Made by a program: the position numbers and the translations under genes. The notes below the pieces were generated by a model that was given only the letters and a program-made list of their open reading frames with translations, was not told where the DNA came from and did no database searches. A DNA stretch of 32,000 bases from Synechocystis sp. PCC 6803 substr. PCC-P (lineage in GTDB: Bacteria; Cyanobacteriota; Cyanobacteriia; Cyanobacteriales; Microcystaceae), in contig NC_017039.1 of assembly GCF_000284455.1 (NCBI RefSeq), positions 840,001 through 872,000 on the forward strand. Reading direction: 5' to 3'. Positions 16,701 through 26,632 of the stretch are shown piece by piece. Each line of letters starts with the position of its first letter. The first letter of the stretch is position 1.

Positions 16701-17705
16701 AGTGTGGAAAGTCCGCATGGTCAACTGGGTGCCGGGTTCCCCGATCGATTGGGCGGCGATAATGCCTACCGCTTCCCCTAGGTCAACTTTGTGACCATGG
16801 GCCAAGCTCCAGCCGTAGCAGTTTTGGCACACGGACCGGGCCGCTTCACAGGTCAACGGCGATCGTACATAAACCTCATCGGTGACGGCGGCAATGCGGT
16901 TTGCCAAGGCTTCGTCAATTTCATCGTTCCGTTTGGCAATAATTTCTCCGTCCGGGCCCACCACATCCTTAGCCAGCAAACGACCAAACAGGCGATCGGC
17001 CAAGCTGATTTTTACCTGGTCCCCATCGGTCATGGCGGTGACCCGTAGACTGCGCTCGGTGCCACAATCCTGTTCCCGCACAATTACGTCCTGGGAAACG
17101 TCCACCAAACGCCGGGTGAGGTAACCAGAATCCGCCGTCCGCAGAGCCGTGTCCACCAGACCCTTGCGGGCACCATAGGAAGAAATTACATACTCAGTAA
17201 CCGTCAGTCCTTCCCGGAAATTGGTTTTAATGGGCAAGTCGATAATTTCCCCCTGGGGATCCGCCATCAAGCCCCGCATCCCCACCAATTGCCGCACCTG
17301 GCTCATGTTCCCCCGGGCACCGGAGAAAGCCATCATATAGACGGAGTTGAGAGGATCGGTTTTGCGGAAGTTAACCACCACCTGATCCTTCAACTCCTCC
17401 GAAGTACCGTTCCAGGTATCAATTACCTTTTGGAACCGTTCTACCTCGGTGATTTCCCCCCGAGCATAGCGTTCCTCCGTGGTGCGAATTTCCTTTTCCG
17501 CCGCCTCCAGCATTTGCTTTTTCTCTGGAGGAATAGTTAGGTCATCTACACTAATGGAAACCCCCGCTTTGGTGGCAAAACGAAACCCCAGTTCCTTCAG
17601 TTCATCAGCCAACTGTGAACAGCGGGCAGAACCGTAACGACGGTAGGCAAGGGCAATGAGTTTTTTCAGGCGGCCTTTGTCGATGGTGTAGTTATAAAAC
17701 GTCAT
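13752..17705 (-). CDS. rpoC2: DNA-directed RNA polymerase subunit beta' (cyanobacterial split C-terminal part, RpoC2)
   Basis: 1317 aa. It starts in the region equivalent to the middle of E. coli beta' ([23 protein letters not shown], bridge helix [25 protein letters not shown]). The trigger loop MRTFHTGGV...[19 protein letters not shown] is split by a lineage-specific insertion of about 630 aa. The tail is very acidic. Confidence 0.97.
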   Translation of the reverse strand: MTFYNYTIDKGRLKKLIALAYRRYGSARCSQLADELKELGFRFATKAGVSISVDDLTIPPEKKQMLEAAEKEIRTTEERYARGEITEVERFQKVIDTWNGTSEELKDQVVVNFRKTDPLNSVYMMAFSGARGNMSQVRQLVGMRGLMADPQGEIIDLPIKTNFREGLTVTEYVISSYGARKGLVDTALRTADSGYLTRRLVDVSQDVIVREQDCGTERSLRVTAMTDGDQVKISLADRLFGRLLAKDVVGPDGEIIAKRNDEIDEALANRIAAVTDEVYVRSPLTCEAARSVCQNCYGWSLAHGHKVDLGEAVGIIAAQSIGEPGTQLTMRTFHTGGVFTGEVARQEKAPEDGTVKWGKGLSTRKVRTRHGEDAEQVEIAGDLIWKGEGKKAATQTYSLTPGSLLFVQDGQTVTAGQLMTEISLSKTQRSTERATKDVAGDLAGEVLFDRLVPEEKTDRQGNTTRIAQRGGLVWILSGEVYNLPPGAEPVVKNDEQVEVGSIMAETKLVTNDGGVVRLVSNREIEIITASVLLDQAQVKLESSGGREQYVIYTADKQRFLLKAAPGTKVQNHSIVAELIDDRYRTTTGGMIRYAGVEVAKGGRKQGYEVTKGGTLLWIPEETHEINKDISLLIVEDGQYVEAGTEVVKDIFCQSSGIVEVVQKNDILREIIIKPGDFYQDVDPGSVKIESGQLLQPGQDVFPGVTVSTLSQAEWIESPEGNGLLLRPVEEYKVFDEPAAPSQGSQNEEGGRQIELRSVQRLFYKDGDRVKSVEGAPLLSTQLVLEIYGSGNEGISHLSADIELQDDEEEDCQRLQLVILESLVLRRDQESDPLGGASKTRLLVQDGDQIPPGAVVARTEIQCKEAGTVRGIKEGQESIRRVLLERAADRLVVDLPSAPEVKPGQLLVAGQELVPGVKLEESGKVLEINGKGDNYQLVLRRARPYRVSPGAVLHIEDGDLVQRGDNLVLLVFERAKTGDIVQGLPRIEELLEARKPKEACVLARAPGVCQVEYLEDESVDIKVVEDDGTVSEYPLLPGQNAMVTDGQRIDVGHALTDGYNNPHEILDVFFSYYVDKDGCYQAALRGLQAAQKFLVNEVQTVYQSQGVDISDKHIEVIVRQMTAKVRIDDGGDTTMLPGELVELRQVEQVNEAMGITGSAPARYTPVLLGITKASLNTDSFISAASFQETTRVLTEAAIEGKSDWLRGLKENVIIGRLIPAGTGFSSHEEVLGLIETQDDIQGYMIEPIELPTTKKKASATKVKTKKVEADDDLLDDTRARAYAGTQLSQDDEEFEETYDTDEDDFDMDDDDDFGDDED

Positions 17706-17748
17706 AACGCTCCAAGATTGAGATTAGGGGGCAAGGCAATTAAGGGGG

Positions 17749-17785
17749 CAGGAGGATTAGACCCTAGGCGATCGCCATCCTCCTG
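17749..17785 (-). other. Stem-loop in the rpoB-rpoC2 spacer (9-bp perfect stem, 19-nt loop containing HIP1)
   Basis: CAGGAGGAT (17749-17757) pairs with ATCCTCCTG (17777-17785). The loop TAGACCCTAGGCGATCGCC contains GCGATCGC. No U-tract follows on the transcribed strand. Confidence 0.5.
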
Positions 17786-17812
17786 AAAAACTAACGGGAA
17801 AAATGGTTGGGA

Positions 17813-20800
17813 CTACACTTCTTCTTCTTCCAAATCCTCCTCGGTGTGGAGGGACTCATAGGTGGGACGATTGGGGGCCCGACGCTGGCTGTCGATCATC
17901 AAATCTACTTCTGCATCGGCGCTTTCACCATCTTCGGACAGTTGTACTTTGTGGGCGGCAATGTCCAAACCAAGGGATTGTAGTTCCCGCATCAACACCT
18001 TGAAGGATTCTGGGGTACCGGGCCGGGGAATACTCTTGCCTTTAACAATGGCATTGAGGGCTTCGTTACGACCCTGCATGTCATCGGATTTAACGGTGAG
18101 TAGTTCCTGCAAAATGTAGGCGGCGCCGTAGGCTTCCAGGGCCCACACTTCCATTTCTCCGAACCGCTGTCCCCCCTGTTGGGCTTTACCCCCCAAAGGC
18201 TGTTGGGTAACCAAGGAGTAGGGCCCGGTGGAACGGGCGTGGATTTTATCGTCCACCAAATGCACCAGTTTGAGCATATAAGCTTGCCCAACGGTAATCG
18301 GACGGTCAAAGGGTTCCCCGGTGCGGCCGTCGAACACTTGGATTTTGCCGGGGTGGTTTTCGTTAAATACCCAGTCTTTGTTCGGCCGTTGGGAGGCTTC
18401 TTCCAACAAGCCATGGACCGTATCCCGGGACGCTTCTTCCCCGTACATCTCATCGAAGGGGGTAATTTTGAAGCGCACACCAAGGTTTTCCCCAGCCCAA
18501 CCCAGCAAGCATTCGAACACCTGACCTACGTTCATCCGGGAAGGAACCCCCAGGGGATTAAGGGCAATGTCAATGGGGCGACCATCAGGGAGATAGGGCA
18601 TATCTTCGATGGGCAAAATGCGGGAAATAATCCCTTTATTGCCGTGGCGACCGGCCATTTTGTCTCCCACTTGGATTTTCCGTTTTTGGGCTACGTAAAT
18701 CCGCACCACCATATTGGCACCGGGGGGTAATTCGTCTCCTTTTTCCCGGGTGAACACTCGCACATCCACTACCCGACCTTTTTCACCGTTGGGTACCCGT
18801 AGCGAGTTGTCCCGCACGTCCCGAGCTTTTTCACCGAAAATAGCCCGCAGCAGTTTTTCTTCGGGGGGTTGATCTGCTTCCCCTTTGGGAGTGACTTTAC
18901 CCACCAGGATATCGCCGGATTCCACCCAAGCACCGATGCGGATAATGCCATGTTCATCCAGATTTCGCAGGGCATCTTCCCCGACGTTGGGGATTTCCCT
19001 GGTGATTTCTTCGGGTCCTAGCTTGGTTTGACGGGCTTCAATTTCAAATTTTTCGATGTGGATACTGGTGTAAACATCGTCATAGACTAACCTTTCACTG
19101 ATCAGAATGGCGTCTTCGTAGTTGTAACCCTCCCAGGGCATATAGGCTACGAGAATGTTTTGGCCCAGGGCCAGCTCTCCCCCTTCCGTGGCGGAACCGT
19201 CCGCTAGCACTTGACCAGGCACCACATCTTCCCCGGCATAAACAAGGGGCCGTTGGTTTAAACAGGTATCTTGGTTAGACCGTTGGTATTTTTGGATTGG
19301 GTAAACGATTTCTTCCCCTTTCTCCGCAGGGTTATCGGGGGAGTGGGGCTGCACCCGAATTTCGGTGGCGTCCACATAGGTGACAATGCCATGGGTACGG
19401 GAAACAATTACCATGCCGGAGTCGCGAGCAGCTTGGGCTTCCAAGCCTGTACCGACCAAGGGCCGTTCAGGACGCAACAGGGGCACTGCCTGCCGTTGCA
19501 TGTTGGAGCCCATTAGGGCCCGGTTAGCATCGTCATGCTCCAGGAAGGGGATCATGGAGGTGGCAACGGAAATAATTTGCACCGGGGAAACGGCTACATA
19601 GTCAACTTGTTCTGGGCTGGTGGTGGAAAATTCCTGGCGGTAGCGAATAGGTACCGACTCGCCAATGATGTTGCCCTCTTCGTCTGTGGGAATGTCCCCG
19701 GGGGCCACCCGCATGTCGTCTTCTTCGTCGGCGGTGAGGTAAACGGGGTCTAAATCTTTCCTGACTCGACCACTCTCCACCCGAAAATAGGGGGTTTCAA
19801 TGAAACCGTAATCATTGACCCGGGCACAGGTAGCTAAGGAACCGATCAAACCGGCATTGGGGCCTTCCGGCGTTTCCACTGGGCAAATACGGCCGTGGTG
19901 GGAAGGGTGAATATCCCGCACCGCAAAACCGGCCCGCTCCCGGGTTAGACCCCCAGGGCCGAGGGCAGAAATACGCCGTTTGTGGGTCAACTCCGCCAGG
20001 GGATTGGTTTGGTCCATGAACTGGGACAGTTGGGAGGAACCAAAGAATTCCTTGATGGCCGCCACTAGAGGCTTGGGATTCACCAAGGAAGCAGGGGTAA
20101 GGGCATCGGATTCGCTAACGGTCATGCGTTCCCTAATAATCCGTTCCAGGCGATTTAAGCCAACCCGAATTTGGTTCTGCAATAGTTCTCCAACGGAACG
20201 TACCCGTCGATTGCCCAAGTGGTCGATGTCATCGGTGGTGCCGACGTCAAATTCCAGATTAATCAGATAGTTGATGGCGGCCAGGATGTCTTGGGGGGTA
20301 AGCACCCGGGTGGTGTCCGCTTCATTGAGCCGGAGTTTTTTATTGAGTTTGTATCGTCCCACTCGACCAAGGTCATAGCGTTTGGGGTCGAAGAAGCGGG
20401 ACTCCAATAACTGTTGACCACCACTAACGGTGGGGGGCTCACCGGGGCGAAGTTTTTTGTACAGTTCCACCAAAGCTTCCTCTTCGGTGGGATTGCCTTC
20501 TTTGTCGAGGGTTTTTTGATAAAACTCTGGGTGGCTGAGGGAGTCGAGAATTTCGTTATCGCTCAGACCGATCGCCTTTAGGAGCACTTGAGCCGACAAT
20601 TTACGGGTCTTGTCGATGCGGACATAGACTAGACCATTTTTGTCAGTTTCAAATTTCAGCCAGGCCCCCCGGTTGGGGATCAGGGAAGCGGAATAGGTGC
20701 GGCGACCGTTTTTATCTAATTCTTTTTTGTAGTAAACCCCTGGCGATCGCACAATTTGGTTAACGATGACCCGCTCCGCACCATTGATGATGAAGGTTCC

Positions 20801-21121
20801 CCGCTCTGTCATTAGGGGGAGATCGCCGATGAAGACTTCCTGCTCCTTAATTTCCCCGGTTTCTTTGTTAATCAGACGGGTCGGCACATACATCTGCACC
20901 GAATAACTAGCATCCCGTCGCTTGGATTCATCAACATCATACTTGGGTTGTTTGAGCTTGTAATCTTTGCCCAAAAAGTGGAGTTCCAGCTTGCCTGTGT
21001 AGTCAGAAATCGGCGAAAAACTATTCAATTCCTCGATTAAACCTTCCTCCAAAAACCAGTGGAAACTAGCGTGTTGGATTTCAATTAAATCGGGCAACAT
21101 CGTGGTGGCAAGGTTTGTCAT
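17813..21121 (-). CDS. rpoB: DNA-directed RNA polymerase subunit beta
   Basis: 1102 aa with beta-subunit hallmarks: [21 protein letters not shown], the rif region [13 protein letters not shown], and NMQRQAVP and GRHGNKG near the active site. Confidence 0.97.
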   Translation of the reverse strand: MTNLATTMLPDLIEIQHASFHWFLEEGLIEELNSFSPISDYTGKLELHFLGKDYKLKQPKYDVDESKRRDASYSVQMYVPTRLINKETGEIKEQEVFIGDLPLMTERGTFIINGAERVIVNQIVRSPGVYYKKELDKNGRRTYSASLIPNRGAWLKFETDKNGLVYVRIDKTRKLSAQVLLKAIGLSDNEILDSLSHPEFYQKTLDKEGNPTEEEALVELYKKLRPGEPPTVSGGQQLLESRFFDPKRYDLGRVGRYKLNKKLRLNEADTTRVLTPQDILAAINYLINLEFDVGTTDDIDHLGNRRVRSVGELLQNQIRVGLNRLERIIRERMTVSESDALTPASLVNPKPLVAAIKEFFGSSQLSQFMDQTNPLAELTHKRRISALGPGGLTRERAGFAVRDIHPSHHGRICPVETPEGPNAGLIGSLATCARVNDYGFIETPYFRVESGRVRKDLDPVYLTADEEDDMRVAPGDIPTDEEGNIIGESVPIRYRQEFSTTSPEQVDYVAVSPVQIISVATSMIPFLEHDDANRALMGSNMQRQAVPLLRPERPLVGTGLEAQAARDSGMVIVSRTHGIVTYVDATEIRVQPHSPDNPAEKGEEIVYPIQKYQRSNQDTCLNQRPLVYAGEDVVPGQVLADGSATEGGELALGQNILVAYMPWEGYNYEDAILISERLVYDDVYTSIHIEKFEIEARQTKLGPEEITREIPNVGEDALRNLDEHGIIRIGAWVESGDILVGKVTPKGEADQPPEEKLLRAIFGEKARDVRDNSLRVPNGEKGRVVDVRVFTREKGDELPPGANMVVRIYVAQKRKIQVGDKMAGRHGNKGIISRILPIEDMPYLPDGRPIDIALNPLGVPSRMNVGQVFECLLGWAGENLGVRFKITPFDEMYGEEASRDTVHGLLEEASQRPNKDWVFNENHPGKIQVFDGRTGEPFDRPITVGQAYMLKLVHLVDDKIHARSTGPYSLVTQQPLGGKAQQGGQRFGEMEVWALEAYGAAYILQELLTVKSDDMQGRNEALNAIVKGKSIPRPGTPESFKVLMRELQSLGLDIAAHKVQLSEDGESADAEVDLMIDSQRRAPNRPTYESLHTEEDLEEEEV

Positions 21122-21206
21122 GGTGGCTCAGAAGTCTCCGGAAATTTGCGGTGGTTGGGGTTAGGGAAGGCCGGGGAGAGGTTACCAGGGGGGCGATACC
21201 CCCAGA

Positions 21207-21992
21207 TTAGGCAGGCACCGGTAGTTTAAAAAGGTTGCGGGCATTAGTAGTGGTTTGTTGGGCAAGGGTTTCTAGGGGGACATGGCGCAGGGCAGCGATC
21301 GCCTCGGCCACATGGCGGACAAAGGCTGGTTCATTGCGTTTACCCCGTTGGGGCACTGGCGCCAAAAAGGGACAATCGGTTTCCACCAACAGGCGATCGG
21401 GGGGGACCATCTGGGCACTGGCTTGGATCCCTTCAGCTTTTTTGAAGGTAACTGTGCCGCTAAAACTGATGTAAAACCCCAGGTCCAAAAACCATTGGGT
21501 TTCTTCAGGAGTGCCACCCCAACAGTGCATTACCCCAGCCACGGGCCCCGATTCTGCTTGGAAATCAGTCAATACCTGGCGCATGGTCTGGGCGGCATCC
21601 CGACAATGGATAATCACTGGCTTGTTTAATTCCCTGGCGATCGCCAACTGGGCCCGGAAAACCTCAATTTGATGGTCACGGTTATCGGCTTTGAAAAAAT
21701 CCAAACCCATTTCACCAATGGCTACCACCCGGTCATCCGCCTTGGCATAGGCAAGGATTTGCCCAGCAGTATTGTCTTGCCAATCTTCGGCATCCAAAGG
21801 ATGGAGTCCCACGGCGAAAAATAGTTCAGGAAAACGGTCCGCCAGAGACTGTATTTGATCAAACTCCTGGGGCTTAACGCAGGAATGAACCAGTTGCACC
21901 ACCCCAGCTTGCCGCCAGCGATGCTGTAACTGGTCTAAATCCGCCGCAAAAACATCAAAGTTAATGTGGACATGGGTATCAACTAAATGCAT
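21207..21992 (-). CDS. tatD: TatD-family metal-dependent hydrolase/DNase
   Basis: The start at ATG 21992 ([13 protein letters not shown]) gives the HxH metal motif near the N-terminus. Later motifs are [16 protein letters not shown] and ETDCPFLAP. The longer ORF-track start adds 13 aa. Confidence 0.88.
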
Positions 21993-22127
21993 GGTTCCCC
22001 TAATGCCGTGGGCGATCTCCAAAGTAACCAAAAACCAGAGGTTTTCCCCAGCTAGAATACCAGTTGATCAATACAGTTGACCAAAAATATTGCAACCATT
22101 TGGCCTTCCCAAGGGAAAGGACGGTGC

Positions 22128-22421
22128 CTAGGCAGCAGGCAAGGCGCTTTGGAGGGCTTTGGCTAAGCGAGCCTTTTTGCGGGCCGCATTGTTCTTGTGG
22201 ATTACTTTGCACTTCACCGCCTTATCAATTTTGCTAAAAGCGGCGGCCATACTGGTGTTGATCGTGTCGAGTTTTTCCGGATTGGGGTCACTGGCGTAGG
22301 CCTCCACCGATTGAAAGGTTTTTTTCATCAGGGTTTTGATGGCCGACTTATAGCTTTTGTTTTGGAGTCGGTTGCGTTCAGCAATTTCGATGCGCTTCAG
22401 GGCGGACTTGATATTAGCCAC
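22128..22421 (-). CDS. rpsT: 30S ribosomal protein S20
   Basis: 97 aa with a GTG start at 22421-22419. The sequence [29 protein letters not shown] is the canonical S20 N-terminus. Confidence 0.92.
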   Translation of the reverse strand: MANIKSALKRIEIAERNRLQNKSYKSAIKTLMKKTFQSVEAYASDPNPEKLDTINTSMAAAFSKIDKAVKCKVIHKNNAARKKARLAKALQSALPAA

Positions 22422-22516
22422 GGTTGCTCTCTAGGGTACGTAACTGTAAAAAGGGCGGGTTCATAAAGATCAGAATTGTTATTCTAACAGTTTGGGGACG
22501 CCACGACAATGGTCAC

Positions 22517-25500
22517 CTAACTGTACCAGAGGGGTAGTTCCACTTCAAAGCGACTACCTTGGCCCAACTGGCTGGTTACGGTAATCATACCACCGTGGAG
22601 TTCGGCGCATTTTTTGACAATGGGCAGTCCCAGACCGGTTCCAGGGATAGAACCAACATTGGTGCCCCGGTAAAAACTATCAAACAAGTTGGGAATGTCC
22701 TCAGGGCCAATGCCAATACCATGGTCCTGGACAGAAAAAATGCCAACGTCCCCCCGGCGCTGGAGATGAAATTCCACTGGCTGGCCAGAAGGAGAGTATT
22801 TGATCGCATTGCCGAGGAGATTGGTCAAAATTTGTCTTAATAATTTGGGGTCAAAGGCGACAATTTCTCCGGGGCCGAGGCCATCATAGCTGAATAATAG
22901 GCCATGGTATTCCGTACTGCTCTGGAGTTCATCGGTGATGCCCCGACAAAAGCTGACTAAATCTAGGGGTTGAGGCTCAAACGGTAAATATTTAGTTTCC
23001 GCCCGGTTAATGGTGAGTACATCGTCTAATAGTTCCACCATGTGGTGAACACTTTCCTCGATGCGCTCCAGATGTTGGCCACGTCTTTGGCCATCTAACT
23101 TAGGCCAATATTTTTTCAAAATGCCAGTGGAGGAACTGATAATTGCCAGGGGGGTACGAAATTCATGGGATGTGGTGGAAATAAACCGGGAACGCAATTC
23201 CCCCAATTCCTTTTCCGCTTCCAAAGCGGCCAAAATACGTTTTTCAGCATTTTTTATATGGGTGATGTCGTGGACGATCGCCACTAGATTAGCCGGGTGT
23301 TGGCCGTTGACGCCCTGAAGAAGAAACACAGAAGCAGTGACGGGAATTTCGACGGCAGTTTGGTAGTGTTGCAGGCTAAATTCTCCCTCCCAAGCACCGG
23401 AGCGAAACACCTGGGGAATGATTTCCATTTGCCAAAAATTGAGGTATTCGGGGCTAATATGTTCACTCAGATAGGTGGTTTGGGCGGTTTCCGGATTTTC
23501 CAGGCCAATTAAGGATTGCCCGGCCTGGTTGAGGAAAGTCACCTTTTGCTCTAGGTCGGTGATGACGATTAACTCGGTACTATTTTTGACCACAAAATCC
23601 AGGTTTTGCCGCTCTCTTTCAATTTGCTTTTGTCGGCGTAGGTCGGTGATTACCCCTACTAAGCCGTCTACTTTACCCTGGTCATCCCTCAGGGCGGTGA
23701 TGGAAACATACACCGGCAGGCGATCTCCGGTTTTGGTGATGTAGGTCCATTCCCTTTCGTAAACTCCCCATTGGATGGCGGGAATGGCGAACATATCGAT
23801 GGAATTGGGCCGGATGGTTTGCTGCAACTGTTGGGAAAGCTGGACGGCTTCGCTGGCCATTTCTTCCTGATCGTGGAAAATTAACGGGGTTTGCTGGCCA
23901 ATCAGTTCCGCCGCTGTATAGCCCAAAATTTCCTCCGCAGTGCGATTAAAGGTACTGATAATCCCCCTCCTGTCGGTGGAAATAATCATGTAGTTGGCCA
24001 CATCAAAAATGCCTTTTTGCAGTTGGTTCACTTCCAACAGTTTTTGTTCGGCCCTTTGCCTTTCCGATAACTCCTCCTGCAAACGTTCGTACAGTAATGA
24101 TTGTTGAATGGCGATCGCCAATTGGTTACCAAGGCTTTGCATCAGTTGGATTTCTGCCGTTTGCCAAGTGCGGGAACTGGAGCATTGGTGCACAATCAGC
24201 AGGCCCCAAAGGCTATGGTCAAAAACAATGGGGGCAACTATTCTGGACTGGGATTCCGCCACGGTGAAACATTGCACTGCACAATTGATGGCACAATCCG
24301 GCAATTGGTCACGGGAAGCGTAGATGTAACCGTTGAGGTAACGCTGATAGCACTCCGGCGGAAAGCTTTCAGGACTAAGATCCATCTGCATCACTGAGGG
24401 TTGGCCATTAACCACTGATTCGGCGATCGTGGTGCCCAGACCGTCCTCTTGGATGTGGTGAATTAACACCCGGTCCGCGTGGATAGTGCGGCGTACTTCC
24501 GTCACAGTGGTGCGCAAAATCGTTTCTAGCTTGAGGGACTCCCGAATTCTTTGGCTGATGGAAGATAACAGTTTTTCCTGTTGGGCCTGGTTGCGCAGTG
24601 CCTTTTCCGCTTCTTTTAAATCATCGATGTCCGTACTACTGGCTAGCCAACCATTGATACTGCCAAACCGGTCCTCCAGGGGCAAGACCTGCAACAGGTG
24701 CCAACGGTACTGACCATCACTCCTCCACAGACGACACTCCAACTGGAAGAATTCCTGGGCGGCGATGCCCTGACGCCACTGTCTTTGCACATTTTCCCTT
24801 TCCCCTGGCTCAATAAATTGCTGCCAAGTGTTGCCGAGAATTTTTCGACCCCGGCGACCAAAATAGGCCAATGTCCGTTGATTGCACTCCCACACGTCCC
24901 CAGCGGAGGAAAGTCGCCAAACCAGATTGGGCAATGCCTCTAACAAGCTGCGGTGAATTTGTTCGCTGTCCCGCAGTTTCTTCAATACCCGTTGGCGATC
25001 GGTCACATCCCGCACCGTTACCAAGCGGCAATCTTCCCCCTGCCAATGGATGGGCACAGCCTTAATTTCCCCTATCCCTTCCTCCTCGGGGGAGACATTG
25101 ATGCCAATTTCCGTCTGTCCTCGGTTGGACAACCCCAGTTGGGATTGTAAAAACTCTTCTTTGCTGAGGCCAAACATTTGGCAAGCCATGGGGTTAGCGT
25201 AGATTACCTTGTCATGGTTGTCTAAAATGACAATGCCATCGGCAATGGTATTCACCAAGGTTTGTAATTGTTGCTCCTTGGTATGGAGCGCCGCTTCGGC
25301 TCGTTTGCCATGGCTAACGTCCTGGGCTAAACAGAGGATTTTGCTGGTTTGTCCGCTACCATCAATTTCAAAGGCCGAAATTTCCACCACAAAGTAGTGT
25401 ACTGATTGCCCGCCATCGGTAAATTCAAAGTTAAACTCCTTTTTTTCGTGGGCTTGGAGCGCCGCCAATTCTTCCAGCCCAAAGTACCTTGGGGGAAGCA

Positions 25501-26632
25501 ATAGATCCTGCCGCGGGTCAGTCTCGACCATGGGGTTGGGGATTGGTGCCCCGCCGGAACCGCCTTCTAGCAAACTGCCGGGGATATTGAGATAGACGAT
25601 TTCATTTTTGACCAGATCGTAGAGATAAATCAGGTTTGGATTACGGCTGAGTAACTTTTGAATTAAATGTTGGTTCCGTTGTTGTTGTTGCTGTTGCCAA
25701 ACAATGCGGGCTTCTAAATGCTGGACGATGCGGGGCATTTCCACTTCCCGTTGCAGGGCCTCTAGCAACACATCCGGTTGGACCGTGGCCAGCCATTGTT
25801 GAGGGCCGACCCAACCAACAAAAGCACCACTGATGTTGGTAATGATCACATAATCATCGTTCTGTCGGCGGAGTAATTCCCTGGCGTGGCAATAGGTTTG
25901 GTTAATGGTGCAGAGGGGAAAAGTTGGGCTGAGGTCTGGGCCAATGGGATTATCCAAGCCGAGGGAGCCATAGTTGGGACCCTTAAAATAGTTGCTGAGG
26001 CTGACATTACCCAGGGGAATGCGGGGGGCGGCGGCGGGCAGTAGGGGGGAGGAATAGACCACCGGAAAACTAGAAATTTGGCGCTCAAAACAATGGTGGA
26101 CCAATTCCCCCAAAGTTGTTTCTGTCCCAAGGCAAAGGGGAGGAGAGGCCGTAACCTGGAGGGGAAGATTCTGCCACAATTGACAAAGATTTACTGAGCG
26201 GATGAGATTGCCAATGCTCAGCAGACCCCAGGTTTGGTGTTGTCGATCCGCCACAGGGATTACGTCCCAGCCGTAGCCCCAGGTGGCAAAAATCTGCATA
26301 ACTTCCCCTAAACTAGGCAACTTTTCTAGGTCTAGCCGCAGGGAGCAAGGCAAACACAGTTCCGCCAAGGCGATCGCCGGGGAAAAATGTTCAGTCCACA
26401 GGGCGGCGGCCAATTGCCAATCCGGTAATAAACCCAACAGTTGACCGTCGTTATCTAGCACCAAAGCCCAGGGGGGAAAAGCCTTAGCCTCTGCCGGGGG
26501 CTCCCAGGAACGTTGGCCATGGCGATGCCAGCGGTTAAGGGCCTCTGCCGCACTCAATTCTCCTGGCAAACAAAGACAGGCCCATTGAATGGCGCTGGCG
26601 GTGACTTCCCTGGGAGTGGCGGCAAAAGTCAT
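22517..26632 (-). CDS. Soluble multi-sensor histidine kinase (degenerate CBS x4, PAS, PAS, GAF, PAS, PAS, HisKA, HATPase_c)
   Basis: 1371 aa with H-box STTSHEFRTPL, N-box LLGNAIKYS, G1 DHGIGI and G2 GTGLGL. The GAF core is ADRVLIHHIQ...WGLLIVHQC. There are four PAS-like blocks (for example NTIADGIVILDNHDKVIYANP and VANYMIISTDRRGIISTFN). No hydrophobic TM segment and no receiver domain are present. Confidence 0.92.
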   Translation of the reverse strand: MTFAATPREVTASAIQWACLCLPGELSAAEALNRWHRHGQRSWEPPAEAKAFPPWALVLDNDGQLLGLLPDWQLAAALWTEHFSPAIALAELCLPCSLRLDLEKLPSLGEVMQIFATWGYGWDVIPVADRQHQTWGLLSIGNLIRSVNLCQLWQNLPLQVTASPPLCLGTETTLGELVHHCFERQISSFPVVYSSPLLPAAAPRIPLGNVSLSNYFKGPNYGSLGLDNPIGPDLSPTFPLCTINQTYCHARELLRRQNDDYVIITNISGAFVGWVGPQQWLATVQPDVLLEALQREVEMPRIVQHLEARIVWQQQQQQRNQHLIQKLLSRNPNLIYLYDLVKNEIVYLNIPGSLLEGGSGGAPIPNPMVETDPRQDLLLPPRYFGLEELAALQAHEKKEFNFEFTDGGQSVHYFVVEISAFEIDGSGQTSKILCLAQDVSHGKRAEAALHTKEQQLQTLVNTIADGIVILDNHDKVIYANPMACQMFGLSKEEFLQSQLGLSNRGQTEIGINVSPEEEGIGEIKAVPIHWQGEDCRLVTVRDVTDRQRVLKKLRDSEQIHRSLLEALPNLVWRLSSAGDVWECNQRTLAYFGRRGRKILGNTWQQFIEPGERENVQRQWRQGIAAQEFFQLECRLWRSDGQYRWHLLQVLPLEDRFGSINGWLASSTDIDDLKEAEKALRNQAQQEKLLSSISQRIRESLKLETILRTTVTEVRRTIHADRVLIHHIQEDGLGTTIAESVVNGQPSVMQMDLSPESFPPECYQRYLNGYIYASRDQLPDCAINCAVQCFTVAESQSRIVAPIVFDHSLWGLLIVHQCSSSRTWQTAEIQLMQSLGNQLAIAIQQSLLYERLQEELSERQRAEQKLLEVNQLQKGIFDVANYMIISTDRRGIISTFNRTAEEILGYTAAELIGQQTPLIFHDQEEMASEAVQLSQQLQQTIRPNSIDMFAIPAIQWGVYEREWTYITKTGDRLPVYVSITALRDDQGKVDGLVGVITDLRRQKQIERERQNLDFVVKNSTELIVITDLEQKVTFLNQAGQSLIGLENPETAQTTYLSEHISPEYLNFWQMEIIPQVFRSGAWEGEFSLQHYQTAVEIPVTASVFLLQGVNGQHPANLVAIVHDITHIKNAEKRILAALEAEKELGELRSRFISTTSHEFRTPLAIISSSTGILKKYWPKLDGQRRGQHLERIEESVHHMVELLDDVLTINRAETKYLPFEPQPLDLVSFCRGITDELQSSTEYHGLLFSYDGLGPGEIVAFDPKLLRQILTNLLGNAIKYSPSGQPVEFHLQRRGDVGIFSVQDHGIGIGPEDIPNLFDSFYRGTNVGSIPGTGLGLPIVKKCAELHGGMITVTSQLGQGSRFEVELPLWYS

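Noticed and set aside
17992-18730. 163-aa and 183-aa ORFs inside rpoB (alternate frame and antisense)
   Set aside because: Both are entirely embedded in a strongly conserved gene. Their Pro/Gly/Arg-rich composition is typical of off-frame GC-rich reading, and they have no motifs or start context.
21189-21203. GGGGG-CGATA-CCCCC hairpin between tatD and rpoB as a terminator
   Set aside because: It has only a 5-bp stem and no U-tract on the transcribed strand, so it is not supportable as an intrinsic terminator. No rpoB promoter match was found in the 85-bp gap either.
22104-22120. CCTTCCC-AA-GGGAAAGG hairpin after rpsT as a terminator
   Set aside because: The stem needs a bulge and a 2-4 nt loop, and it is not directly followed by a U-run. 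It is too weak to annotate.
22000-22212. 70-aa ORF spanning the tatD-rpsT gap
   Set aside because: It overlaps the rpsT 3' end and the tatD 5' end out of frame, and has no motif or ribosome-binding site.
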